NCBI GenBank assembly: GCA_001724265.1
Contig: MEDY01000184.1
Span: forward strand, 1 to 64,000
Direction of reading: 5' to 3'
DNA: 64,000 nt
DNA from: Rhizaria sp. SCN 62-66
Taxonomy: Eukaryota
Shown here: one piece after another, positions 27,231-39,406 of the stretch
Position numbering within the stretch: position 1 is the stretch's first letter
Layout: every line of letters starts with the position of its first letter
The notes under the pieces: generated by a model
What the model was told of the DNA's origin: nothing
Database searches by the model: none
The model's input: the letters and a program-made list of their open reading frames with translations, nothing else
Position numbers and translations under genes: made by a program

Positions 27231-29309
27231 TCACCGACCGCGCCTGTTGCTTGAGGTGCTGTTGTTAGTGACCGTAGTGAGCGCAGGCGCCGTCATGAAG
27301 AGATCGATGCCACTCCCCCACCCCGCCTCAGCGCCCCCCGTCGGGTTGCTCCACCCACAGCCACTCGCACTTGCACTCACAGTGGCATCGAGGTGGTGCT
27401 TCTGTTGTTGCTTTTGCTGCTGCTTCTGCGCCGTGCTCACATCGCTGTTCTTGCCACCGCTACTGGAGCTGTTGCTGCTGTTCTCACTGCTGTGCTTCGC
27501 AGCGAGACTGAGGCTGGCAGCGGTCGGCGGACAGGCCACAGTGCCCACTCGCGTCCCAACCCACAGCGCCGACTCGACCGCCTCCACCACGACCACCGGC
27601 GGATCTGCCTTCTCCCCAGTCCCGCTCGCGGCGGTGGCGGCGTCGTCCGGGGGCACGAGCGCGACAAAGAGCGACGGCGCGGCCATCTGGCGCGTCGACA
27701 CGGCCACGCCGCGCAGCCAGAGCCGCTGCACGCCCTCGCTGGTGCACGCCTCGAGCCGCCCCACGGCGCCGCTGCAGCCGCGCACGTCGCAATCCAGCGC
27801 CGACTCGCCGTGGCCCGCGCCCGCGGTGATGGCGGTGTTGTTGTAGGAACAAGGGCCGGGCAGCGCGATGATCGCGGTCGTCATCGGCGCAGCGGCGCCC
27901 GCGGTCGCCGACCCGAACCTGAGCTGCCGCGCTTTGGGCCCCAGCAGGCGGCGGCACTGCGCGTCGAACGCTGCCATCGCGGCCGCCGCGGCGCTATCGA
28001 CGCTGCTGCTGATGCTAACGCTGCTCCCATTGCCGCTGCTGCGGGGACTGAGAGTGCTGTTGCGGCCGCCGCGGCTGGAAGGGCTGAGGCTGTCGTAGCC
28101 GTCGTCGTCATCGTAGTCGTTGACGTCGTCGTTGGCATTCACCGCCCGAACAGGAGACTTGCCCTTGCCCGCGTTGAGTGCGTTGGTCCGAGTTGCGCTG
28201 CTCGATATGAAGGCCGCCAGACCGATGCCCGCTTCGGGCCCGCGCGCACCTTTCCTCCCAGACCCAGCGCTCGCGCCAGAGCCAGAGCCAGAGCCAGCGC
28301 CGGTGAAGACGCCACGAGACGCGCTGCCGTGGCCGATGTTGTTGTTGACTTTGTCGGAGGGCGTGAACGCGTCGATGACTGCGAGGTCGACGCCGAGGGA
28401 GAGGCGGGCCGACATGGCGCGCAGACGCGACGCCAGGGGCGTGTTCAGCGACAGCGAGTCTTCCTCTTCCACGTCCTGGTTCCCTCCGCCCCCACCGCCG
28501 CCCCCACCGCTGCTGCTGCCTGCGCTGGTGCCTGCGCTGGTGCCGGTGTTGCTGTTGGGGTTGCTGCCGGGGCTGGAGCCGGAGATGGTGCCGGAGATGG
28601 TGGCGGGGTTGCTGCCGGGGCTGCGAGCGCTGCGGCCGCTGCGGACCACAGCGCCGGGGCTCGCCCGGGCCGGGACTGGGGTGCGGTTCGGGGCCGCAGG
28701 GGTCGCAACACGGTTCGGGGCCGCAGGAGTCGCAACAGGCCGGGTAAGAAGCTTGGAGCTCGCAGTACTATTGGCAACATTGGCGTTGACGAGGCGGTCA
28801 AACAGGTCGCCATCGTCGTCGCCGCGGCGGGCAAAGATGGAGCTGCTGCTACTGCTGGTGGCCGCGTTGGGTCTATCAAACACGGGAACAGGCAGCGCAG
28901 GGCTGAAGCCGCTGACTGCGGGGGACGTGTCTGTGACACCGACGCGGCGAGGAGATGCACGCCGAGGCGGCGACGCTGACGACGTTGACGCAGCAGAAGC
29001 AGCAGCAGCAGTTGTTGTGCGACAGATAATGTCGTTGTTTGCGACACTGGAGAGCTTTGGCGAGGCAGGCTTGCGAGCAGCTGATGCTGTGTGTGAAAAG
29101 TAACTCATGATTGAGCCAGAGCCGGCGCGCGCAGGAGGGACGATGGGCTTCGAGCTGGCGCTCGCGCTGGTGGAGGTGAGACGAGGGCGCTTCACGGCAA
29201 AGCCGTCGGAGCCCGCTTTGCAATCCGTGTGGCCAGTGTCCGAGTCAGAGCCGGACGAGACGTCGTCCAGGGCGCTCCGGGACACGGTGCTTTTGCGCGT
29301 GCCGCTCAT
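27231..29309 (-). CDS. Largely disordered protein with a C-terminal BIN4-like domain
   Basis: ~692-codon ORF from ATG 29309 with host-like codon usage; C-terminal DVRGCSGAVGRL...LWLRGV...LFVALV...VVEAV recalls the plant BIN4 domain; TGA stop. Confidence 0.6.
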   Translation of the reverse strand: MSGTRKSTVSRSALDDVSSGSDSDTGHTDCKAGSDGFAVKRPRLTSTSASASSKPIVPPARAGSGSIMSYFSHTASAARKPASPKLSSVANNDIICRTTTAAAASAASTSSASPPRRASPRRVGVTDTSPAVSGFSPALPVPVFDRPNAATSSSSSSIFARRGDDDGDLFDRLVNANVANSTASSKLLTRPVATPAAPNRVATPAAPNRTPVPARASPGAVVRSGRSARSPGSNPATISGTISGSSPGSNPNSNTGTSAGTSAGSSSGGGGGGGGGNQDVEEEDSLSLNTPLASRLRAMSARLSLGVDLAVIDAFTPSDKVNNNIGHGSASRGVFTGAGSGSGSGASAGSGRKGARGPEAGIGLAAFISSSATRTNALNAGKGKSPVRAVNANDDVNDYDDDDGYDSLSPSSRGGRNSTLSPRSSGNGSSVSISSSVDSAAAAAMAAFDAQCRRLLGPKARQLRFGSATAGAAAPMTTAIIALPGPCSYNNTAITAGAGHGESALDCDVRGCSGAVGRLEACTSEGVQRLWLRGVAVSTRQMAAPSLFVALVPPDDAATAASGTGEKADPPVVVVEAVESALWVGTRVGTVACPPTAASLSLAAKHSSENSSNSSSSGGKNSDVSTAQKQQQKQQQKHHLDATVSASASGCGWSNPTGGAEAGWGSGIDLFMTAPALTTVTNNSTSSNRRGR

Positions 29310-29600
29310 CAACCCTGTCCGCGCTGTCCAAATTTCAACAGGGCTCTGTGCGATACCGAGACAATAACAAAGCTAGAAGGACGAAAACCAAAAATATTGA
29401 AATAATTAAAACTGAGGTTACTGTTCCCAGAAAATTGTGCAAGTTGACGATTGTTTCATCGCACACGACGTCTTGCTCGGCCACTCAGACAGTGAATGAT
29501 GCGCTTGGCCAACCGACCAGCGAAACAAAGCCAGCCCGAAGATTTTTGTGGTGGAGGCGACGCTAGCTAAGGAGCTCAAGACGTCTGTGTGGGCGTATTT

Positions 29601-29781
29601 GTGAGTGTAACGCTATGTTGTTCTTTGATACTCACTTATCAGTACTGTTTGAGTTTGGGATTATATGTGTGCTTTTGTGGGAAGTACTTGGTGTTGCTGC
29701 CAAGGACTTTGTTTCCCATCGACTCACCAATCCCATCGACGGCCACTCACAAGATCCCTTTTATCGCCTTTGTTTTCGCAG
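29601..29781 (+). other. Probable 5'-UTR intron of the ankyrin gene
   Basis: GTGAGT donor at 29601 and pyrimidine tract TTTTCGCAG ending 3 nt before ATG 29785. Confidence 0.45.
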
Positions 29782-29784
29782 ACA

Positions 29785-30554
29785 ATGTCCTCCAAGATTG
29801 ATTATCGTATTGTCGGCGACCGCGGCCAGACCGCTCTCCACTATGCTCTTTTCGAGAAGGATGATGCCAAGGTCGCTGACCTTATCAAGACTTGGCCCGT
29901 CGCGAAGGACATCATTAAGGCCTACCCTAGCATGGAGCTCATCCGCCAGGTACGTCACATACTTTCTTTTATCTCGTTTGTTTTTATCATAAAATCGTAC
30001 TAACCCCTTTGTTCTTATTTTATATCTTCTATTTTCCCCTTGATCTTGACTATTTCCCGTCTATTTCCCTTCTTTTCTCACGACCTTATGATCACCTCGC
30101 CTCTCGCTCGCCTCTTATTCTTCCAACCCAGCCCCTTCCCCCGCTCCACTACGCGGCCAAGCACTCCAATGCCGAGTGCGCTAAGCTCCTCATTGCTGCT
30201 GGCGCCCCCGTCGACGAGTTCTGCGACATCACTAAGTCGACCCCGCTGACCGAGGCTGCCCGCTCCGGCAACGCCGAGGTGCTGGCCGTGCTCCTCGCCG
30301 CGGGCGCCGTCCCCACGCGCCGCGACGCCACGGGCCGCGTCCCCATCACCCACGCGCTGTGCTGGTCGCGTGAGAACACCACTGTTGCGCTGGCCTCGCT
30401 CGAGGACGCCGAGGCCGCGGCCAAGTCGATCGAGAACAAGGCCGACAACGACCTCTTCACCAGCCTCCACAACGGCATCATGTTTAACTCTACCTGCATC
30501 GCGGCCTTCCTCAAGGCCGCCAAGGCTACCTTTCAGCGCACTGAGACCGCGTAA
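29785..30554 (+). CDS. Small ankyrin-repeat protein; exons 29785-29949, 30132-30554
   Basis: GQTALHYA, PPLHYAA...AKLLIAAGA, TPLTEAARSG...LLAAGA; phase-0 GTACGT...CCAG intron; TAA stop. Confidence 0.88.
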
Positions 30555-32098
30555 GTGGCTCGTTGTGCAAGGATGATCTTTTCGATCGATCAGGATGGCG
30601 AGCACGGAAAGTTTTCTAGACTTGAATACTGATTGAATCATAGTCAGTGTTACATATCACGGGATTCTCGCGTTTGTTTTCGTAGTGTTGTGCTGTTTCC
30701 ATATATATATCATATTTTTTTGTCTGTATCTTTTTAACCTATACGGTTTTGGATGATGTTGTTGCTGTTGCTGTGTTGTTCGCTGTCAAGTCCGACTGCT
30801 GCTCCTGACAAAAGTGAAAATAGGATTGAAGTACTGTTGTCGCACTGTATATCGCCAGTACCACTTGTTGTCGCAAATTGGAGAATATATGCGCTCTATA
30901 TAGTATACACGTAATATTAATATCAAGATAATAGTCACATTTATATAAAATATTGTATGTACATGTACTATGCTTTCGACGCGTACACATGTTACGTGTG
31001 TTGCTAGGCTCAGTAGCATAGTACACGGCATTAGCTTAGTTAATTGCAAGCACACCAAAAGCAGGCGCGACAATAGCAGCTTGACTGTTTGTGGAACAAG
31101 AGCATGTTGATGTTTGTGCCAAGTTCGAGTATCGGCGCACTGTCCGGCCAGCAAAACGCGGTTATGATAAATCCTTCGCGTGCCATGGTGACCGCACCGC
31201 CGGGGTGATGCGCGCGCCAGTGATTGTGGTGTTGGCTACCACGGGCTCAGCTTGAAGATCGAGCGCGTTCAATAATGATACTTTCTTGATAATCTGCGAG
31301 GCGCGCGTCGGGGTCAGGCGCACGGAAGAGGCGTCAACACGAGTCGCTTGAATAGCATCCACTTGCTGGTAAGATCGCGGGTTAGTGTGTTTGTTACACT
31401 TCGCTATCATGTAATGCTCGTCATATCAAGGTGATTGATTGTGGTTCCAGAATTTAACAAGTTATGTCAAGTCGCAGAGTTGGAATTGTTACGTGGACAC
31501 CGACACCTGAGTTACGCCCTTTAGGCCAAGCTTGTTGTGTCAATTTTGTAAAGGTTGTTTTCATTACGTGGAGAGTATATTCATGCATAAATGCCCCAAT
31601 TAATGAATTTAGCTATTTTTATTTGATACGACTCGCATTTCTCACAGCAAGGTTTGTTTGTTTTGTAGGGTTGCTTGTTTTGAAAGGGTACAAGTCGGAC
31701 AGAACATTATTAATAAGTGGCGAAAGTCTATGTGGCGAAAGTCTTTGTTGCGTGTTTGCTGCGACACAGAGACACAGGAAACCAGTTGTCAGACCAGGCC
31801 CGGCCTTCCGTGGTTGTGCCTGACATCAAACAGCTGTCAAAAGTAACGTTGACAGATTGTAACTTTACGACGATGGTTGCACGTACATAATACTACGTTT
31901 GTTTGCAAGCATGGACAAAGCAAGATTCTCTACTTAAAGAAACTCATGCTTTGTCGCAAGACTTCACAGACACACTCGTAGGATTACCAACAAAAAACAC
32001 AAGCTAGGAGACGAGAGCTTCGTCAACCAGCACTCAGCACTCAGCACTCAGCAATCAGTGGTCGATAAAAGTCCTTCGTTAAGCTGCCCTCTGACTGC

Positions 32099-34366
32099 TC
32101 AGAAGCTGAAGGGCGCGCCGCCCGCGCTGGGGTCGGCCCCGCCGAAGGCAGCGCCGGCGCCCGCGCTGGGGTCGGCCCCGAAGGCGAAGGTGCCCTCAGC
32201 GGTGACCTGGGGCGCGTCGCCCATCTGCTGCGCGGCGTCCTCGTCGCAGAAGTAGCGCAGCGAGATCTCGTCGGCAAGCGCGGCGACCTTTGAGTTGTCG
32301 TGGTCGCGCAGCTTGAGCACGATGTCGACGAGCTCGCACTCCTCGGCCTTGTCGAGCACCTCGTTCGTGGCAGTCTCGCGCGACAGCAGCTCGTTCTCAG
32401 CGTCCTCGTGGCCCGCACGCAGCGCCGTATCCACCGACTCGAGCAGCGACACGATGAGCTTCGGGTCCGTGCCCGCGTAGTTGAGCATCAGCGCCATCGA
32501 CGGCAGGACCTCGAGCCGGTGAACGAGGTACCGTGTCACGTCGGGGATGTCGGCCGCGATCGCGTTGGTGATGCACCAAGTGGCTTCGCGCCGGATCTCG
32601 GCCTCCTTGGCGCTCATAAGCTCCACCACGCGCGGGAACACGTCCGCGTTGGCCACCGCGAGCACCTGCAGCGGCGAGAGATTGTAGACACACAAGATAG
32701 AGCTGAAATATGAGTTGTTGATTTTTTTTTGGTTGAAAAATAAAGTAAATTATCACTGTTTTCATGATATGCTCTTCTGTAAGCTCATACGAGTCAATTG
32801 TCACAGTAAAATCAGACATTTGGTAGAGAAAGTATAAATAAAGAAACACGCCGTACCTGGTCCTCGACGCCCGCGGTAATGTTAGAGAGGGTCCAGCAGG
32901 CCTCCTTGCGGAGCTGGCGACGCGAGGCGCCGAGCAGCGAGCGCAGCGGCGTAAGCACGTTGTTGTTAAGCAGCGCGTCCGTCGCGTCGGCGTCGCCGCT
33001 AGAGATGTTGCCAACCACGCGCAGCGCAGGCGTGCGCACCTAAGCAGAGAAGAAGCAGTGCATACAAGAGAGTTGTTTAAGAAACGTGAGATACAATGAT
33101 ATTGATTTTCATTAATAAACAATCAATGATAAAATACGTTTCGTTCCACTCTTCAGCTGCGGTTATATAACACAATTCGTACCTGGATGTTGGGGTGGGA
33201 GAGGAGGAGCACAAGGCGCTGGACGACGCCGGCCTCGATGATCTCGGCCAAGTGCTGGTCGATGACGTTGGGGTCGGTGCCCTCTGCGTCGGCGAGAGCG
33301 GTGAGCGACCACGCGGCGTCGGCGATGATCTCGTCGTCGTCGCACGACAGCATGCACGCAAGCGTGGGCAGCGTGCGGGACACCACGGCCCAGTCGGGCA
33401 GCGGGTACCCGCGGCAGAGATTCGAGATGGTCCACGTGATGTTGCGCAGCATCGCCACGCTGCCCTTGGCGTGCGCCAGCGCCAGCAGCGTGTCAAGCGC
33501 GCCGTACGATAGGATCGTGTCGCGGTAGGCCGGGCTGTCACCAGCGATGTTGCCTAGCGTCCACACGGCCTGCTCGCGCACCGCGCTCGACTCGGACGAC
33601 AGGAGCGCGATGATGTTCTGGATGCCGCCCGCCTGCACTACGGCGGCCGTGAGGCACGAGTCGCCCGCGGCGATGTTGGTCAGACTCCAGAGCGACTCGA
33701 CCTGGAGCTCCTCGTCGGGCACGCGCAGCACGGCCATGAGGCCCGGCACGACGCCCGCGTCGACGACTTGCTGCAGCGGCGCTACCTTCTCCAGCGTGAT
33801 GAGCGCGCGCACAAAGAGCAGAGCCTCGCGCAGCTGCTCCAGCGTCGGCGCCGCGCTCAGCAGCAGCTGCGCCACGGCGGGCAGCTGCGCCACCTTTTCG
33901 GCCAGCTCGGCCGGACTCATCGTCACCACCGCGGCCGCGGCCGAGCCGGCGTCGGCCTTGGCGGCCTCAGCGGCAGAGCCGGGGGGGCCGCGGCGCACGC
34001 GCTGCAGCATCTGGTCGCGCGCCTCTTTGCGGTCCTTGGAGGTCTTCTCCTGGCGCTTAGAACGGGAGTCTGTGTGGAGGGGTGTTTGTGGAGAGAAAAG
34101 TTAGGTGTTCGTTGTTGTTGTGTTGTGCAAGTGCAAAGTGACAAATGAGACAATCAACGTGAGCAAGAGTGTGTGTGTGTTTGTGTGCGTGCGTGAGAGA
34201 ATGAACAATGTACGAAAGCAATAAATACACAAAATAGTATTATTGGAGGCTGTTGTAGTTCGCTTGAATGTCGACAATGAGGAGAAGTGAGAGACGTACC
34301 CTTGGCGTCGAGGCCAGTCTTGACAACGCGAGCCTTCTGCTCCTTCTCGCGAAACAGCCCAGACAT
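32099..34366 (-). CDS. Importin subunit alpha; exons 34366-34300, 34069-33183, 33039-32857, 32665-32099
   Basis: ARM repeats with WxxxN motifs (WSLTN, WTLGNIAGDS, WTISN, WTLSN, WCITN), PALRVVGNI, basic IBB-like N-terminus; three GTACG introns give a continuous 567-aa frame; TGA stop. Confidence 0.92.
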
Positions 34367-35399
34367 CGAAACTGCGGCAGAGAAGTGGGTGGAAAAAAGG
34401 TCAAGAGAGTCAAAAAGAGAATGGGAAAGAAAGCCATGAGAGTGTGGGCGATGCTAAGGAGTGTTTAGGACGTTTTTGTCAGCGCGATATTCGAGAACAC
34501 GCCAGTGTAGCACGCCAGCCGTTAGGTCGTTTGTTGGCTGTCACCAGCACAAGCGAGTTATGGCGAATAGTGACAAAACCATAACCACCACGTATCATCA
34601 TTCAGTATCTCATCGTCAAGCTGTTTTTACGGGGTGAAACCCACGAATTGGTCCTACTGAGGCGAAAGCGCGCAGGTCGTCCCTCTCCAGGTGAGCCAAC
34701 GGCTCCCGCTTCATCGAGCGACGACTATGCAGCAAACAACACGGGGTCCACAAAATATATTACTAGATTACACTACTAGACTGCTATGTAATTCGCGGCA
34801 CGCCATCGGAAGATCTCTTGAAGGATCGGAAGACTGATATACGTCGGTCCAAAGTTGCTTGCCGCCGACCCGCCGTTGCGCTGGCTGGTTGGTCGGTCGG
34901 TCTGGCTGGCGCAATTCGCGACTAGTGGCAGCCAGTTCGCAAAAAAGTGCTCCCAGTCCAACGTAACGGCTCTATCCTTAAAACACGCCCCCTGAGCTAT
35001 AACAAACGATTTATAAAGTCTAATTACGAGTTAATACATTTTACAGTGCGATGTATCCAGAAACTTTGTATATCCATGTTCTGACGACCATGGCTCCCGA
35101 TTTTCGCGTTTTTATAGCCTCAGCTCACCCACTCTCTCTTGCTTCACCTTCACCTCAAGGCGTGTCCAGCGCGTCTCAGAGACCCGCACTTTTACCCTGA
35201 CTTGAAGGCAGGAGTGACTACTCTTGTTTTTACCCCCAGGGATCCTTTCGCGCAACTTTCCGCTGTTCCCGCCGCGCTGCGGCCGATCCCGCGCCCCCCG
35301 TCCCTGGCTCTCGCGGAGGTAGTGGCGTCGTCCTCTGTCTGCGAGCCAGCCAGTCGGCCAGGCTCTCTCATCGCGCCGCCTTCTTGCGCCCACGGCTCG

Positions 35400-38300
35400 A
35401 TGCACCGGTCGTCGTTTACTATGGCGTCGCTTGGTGGCACCGCAATCGGCCCCCGATGGTCCACAGCGACCCAAACCGCACGAAAACGTAAGCAGACTTT
35501 TCGCCATCCATCGTTTCACCCTCAGTTACTCTAGGTCTCATTCACCCGTACTCGGCTGCGCTCACCTCGCGATGTTTTCATATTTTTTATTCCTCTTTAG
35601 CGACCGTGTCGCCGTTTGCGGCGCCCATATCGGCACGCGACATGCTCCCCCGGCCCCCGCCGCAAGCGCGCAACGGCTCACTCTACGACGCCTACTGCGC
35701 TTCCAACGGCGCAGCGAGCGCCCGCGGCGGCCGGGCTGGCGGCGGGCCCCCATTCATACTGATTGACCTGCCACTCGACAGCAGCCCGGGCCAGCCCGGC
35801 GCGAGCAGCGACAGGAGCCGGAGCAAGCAGCGCCCGCCGCAGTCACAATTGCCGTCCTCGCGGCCCACAGCAGCGGACGTGTCCAAGTCAGCACAGCGAT
35901 CCGGCCGCCGCACTGGTGACGGCAACGGCGACGATGACGACGGTGGTGGTGACGGCAACGACTCTGGAGCTCCACGTCGCAAACGCTCGCGCTCTTAGTC
36001 GCGCTCTGAAGCCAAAGGCGGCAAGGGCGACGCATCTGCGAAGGCGACGCCGAAGACGCCAGAGACGCGCTCCCGCGCCCGCGCCCGCGCCCGCGCGAGA
36101 TCGCGCTTGCGCACCGGCCCCCGCGCCACCGGTCTTGCGTACGCTGAGTCACGCTCGCGCTCGCGCTCTCGGTCGCAGTCGCACGATCGGTCAAAGCAGC
36201 CTCAACAGCAGCAGCTGCAGCAGCAGCGGCTGCCGCGGCCGCACAGCGCGCCCGCGAGCGGTGCGCGGCTGGCGCACCAGGCGTACGTGCGCGTGCAGGC
36301 GCAGCAGCGGCACCGCGCCGTGCTGCGCCGCCTGCGCTCGGCCGCCCCGCGCGCCGCCGCAGACTCGGCCGCGGTCGGCGCGGGGAATGTCACCGCGCGG
36401 TCCGCCGTCGCGCCCGCCATGCGGCTCCACTTCCAGCACCAGCTGCTTGCCGCGCGCGCCGCGCGAGAGGCCGCCGTCGAGGTTGACAACGGCTGGATCC
36501 AGCGCAGGCTGCTCGCCATCGCGCGCAGGCCGTCCAACTACAGCTCAAATAATAACATCAACAACATCAGCTATGACAATGCTGCTGATGCTGCGCCTGC
36601 GTCGGCGCGCGAGTCGTGGCAGCGCGTGTGGGCCTCGGCGGCGGCCGCGGCGGCTGCGGCGGCATCGGCGCGCGCCTCGGCCCAGGCTGCCGCAGAGGCT
36701 GAGGCCGAGGTCCGGCGGGCTCGCGCCGCCGCGCCCCGGCCCAAGCCCAAGCCGCGGGCGGCGTCGGCCCCGCCGGGCGGCCGCGGGGGCAAGGGCAAGA
36801 AGGGCAAAAGGAGCAAAAAGGCGTGGAATTTTGCTGCGGGCGCGCCCCCGCCGTCTGCGCGCAAAGCCTCGGGCTCCAAGAACAACACAGCCTCGACAGA
36901 TGTAACCGGTGCTGAGGCTGATGGCGACGCTGACGGTGATGGCGATGACAAGCAAGACCAGGACCAAGAGAAGAAACGCTCTCGGTCGCGGTCGCAGTCA
37001 AAGGCCCTCCCGCGGCGGCCGCAGTCAGCTCCTCCAGGCTCGAAAAACCAGGACAGCAAGATCAAGTCCAGCGTCACGGAGAAGGACGATAAGTCGAGTG
37101 CTCGGGCCAGCGCCAGCGCCCGTGCGATAGCGGGCGGCAGTGCGAGCGTCCGCGGCCGCAGTCGCAGCGGCGGCGCGGGCGGTGGCGCTGCGCCGCTGCA
37201 ACGGCCGCCGTGGTCACTCAAGGGCGCGGTGCCGCTGACGCCCGCGACGGAGCGCCGCCGCCTGCGCTCAAAGTCGCGCTCTCAGTCGCGCTCACATTCG
37301 CGGCCACAGCCGCTGTCACGGCAGCAGTCCTGCGGCGGCGACCATGCCGCGCATGCGACCAGCGGCTCGGCAGTGACTATAAAGCGCGCGCCGTACCTCT
37401 GCCCCAACAGCGCGCGCCGTGCCGCGTTCGCCGAGTCGACGGCACGGCTGAACCTGGCGCTCGCGCAGCGCCTCGCCAAAGTCAAGGTGAGTCACAATAT
37501 AATCTTAATCTATTTGAGATATAGTCGTTCAACTCTGTTTCGGGTAAAATCTTTACGATCTCACATTCTATTCCTCTCTATTTTTTTTTATTTTTTTGCA
37601 CCACAGCCCTCATATTCTTTCTCTGCACGCTCGCCATCAGCCCACAGCCGCAACAACAACAACAACAACAGCGCATACGTCTCCAGCACGAACAACGCCG
37701 GTGTTAGCCACCCCGGTCGCGACGCGTCCTCCGCGGCCGCGCACCGCCGCGACCCCCACGCCAGCGGCGACGACGTGCCGGCGTCCGTGCGGCAGTACAG
37801 GCGCGCCAGCGTCACCGCGCTGGCCTCCGCGGCAGAGACGCACCGGCTGCGGCGCGCCACGCTCACGGGCACCAGCGCCACCGGCGGCGGCATGAGCGGT
37901 TCGAAGAGGAGCAGCTTGAGCACCGGCGTTGCGTTGACGGGCGATGCATTGTTCCCTAATTTCCCACAACCTCAGCAGCAGCAACAACAGCAAGAGCAGC
38001 AGCAGGGCCAGCAGCAGCAGCAACAGCAGCAGTCGCGGCGGCGCTCTCGATCGCGCACCCGGTCACGGCTCCAGCCGCAGCCTTAGTCCCGGTCCGCGTC
38101 GCCCGCGTCGCCGGCGCGCGCCCCCTCCCCGGCCGCCGTGGCCGCCGCGGCCGCCGCGCGCGCGCACGCCGCCGCCGCTCCCTACGCCGCCGCCGCCGCG
38201 CCCCGCGGCGCGCGCGCTCTGTTGCGGCAGGTTTCTGCCGCCCGTGCGCGCTGCAACGACGACACGCGCCGCAGCCGCAGCAGCAGCCGCAGTCAAAGCC

Positions 38301-38582
38301 ACAGTCCAAGTCGCGGCGGCCGCCCCGGCACGGCTTGTGGCGACACCGCTCTGAGCAAGGGCGACGACAAGCCCCCCGCCGGCAAGAGCAAGGGCCGGAG
38401 CCGGAGCAAGAACCGCGGCGCGAGTCGCAACGCAGGCGGAGGCAGAGCGGCTGTGGGCGGCGGGCGGGCGCGGTGCGCGGTCCTGGCCCCGGCGCCGCCG
38501 CCCGCGCCGCGGCCCAGCGCCAAGCCCGGGGTGCCCGTGCAGCGCGCGCACACGAGGCACGCCACACAGCGCTCGGCTCAAT

Positions 38583-38628
<46 letters not shown>

Positions 38629-39406
38629 GCAGGAGCAGAGCGGCGGTGCGCAGTATAACAAGTACATCGACGACGCAAGCCGCAGCCGCAGTTGCAGTCG
38701 CGCACGCGCGATTGCAGGTGCTGGGCCGGGTGCTGGAGCTGGGTTACGCCGAGGGCAGTCACGGGCGCGTGCGAATGCTCCAGGTCCCGTCGAGTCGCTG
38801 CTCGACTCTCTCACTCTCGCAGACGCGAGCAGCACGAAAAACAAGTCACGGCGGCCCCACGCTATGAGTCGCCTCGCATACCCCGCAACAGCTGCTGCTG
38901 CGAGTAGTAGCCGTCCTAACCCCGCACCTTCGCTTGTGTCCGGCTGGTCCCAAAGCTTTGATCACCGTTGTTCCGGCAACGATCAGGATGACCGTAACGG
39001 CGGCGGTGGCGGTGGCGGTGGCGGTGGCGGTGGCGGTGGCGGTGGCGGTGACGGCGACTCGTGGGGCGGCCCGCCGCTGCGCAGCGCGCGGCTCGGCGCG
39101 CTGCGGCCGACAGGAGCGGGGCAGGGCGGCCGGGTGGGCCGGCGGCCCAGCGCACGTGCTGACTCAATCAGCGCGACGCTGCCCGCCCCGCTCATCAGCA
39201 CCACTCCTGCTGGCAGCAATGTGGGCGGTGGTGCTGGGTGGGCTGACGAAGCCGGCGCGCTTGCGCGCGCGCTCAACGGCAACAACAACGCAGCCGGCGC
39301 GCAGCAGCGGCAACAACAACAACAGCAGCAGAGGCCTGCGTCGCGCGTGAGGTCGATGGCGACTGCGCGCAACGACCCGGGCACGTACAGTGTGTCCATG
39401 GGCTAA
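35400..39406 (+). CDS. CFAP97/KIAA1430-domain-like low-complexity protein with three in-frame TAG codons; exons ~35400-35487, 35601-37486, 37607-39406 (start uncertain)
   Basis: ORF-track pieces 35606, 36107, 38138 and 38864 share one frame and are separated only by TAG (35996, 38084, 38582). CFAP97-like motifs AREAAVEVDNGWIQRRLLAI and NSARR...RLNLALAQRLAKVK|PSYS; TAA stop. Confidence 0.72.

Noticed and set aside
31140-31830. GC-richer patches and short ORFs between the ankyrin and importin genes as ncRNA or gene relic
   Set aside because: No snRNA/snoRNA/SRP signature or protein motif could be identified; only a short GTGGCGAAAGTCT duplication.
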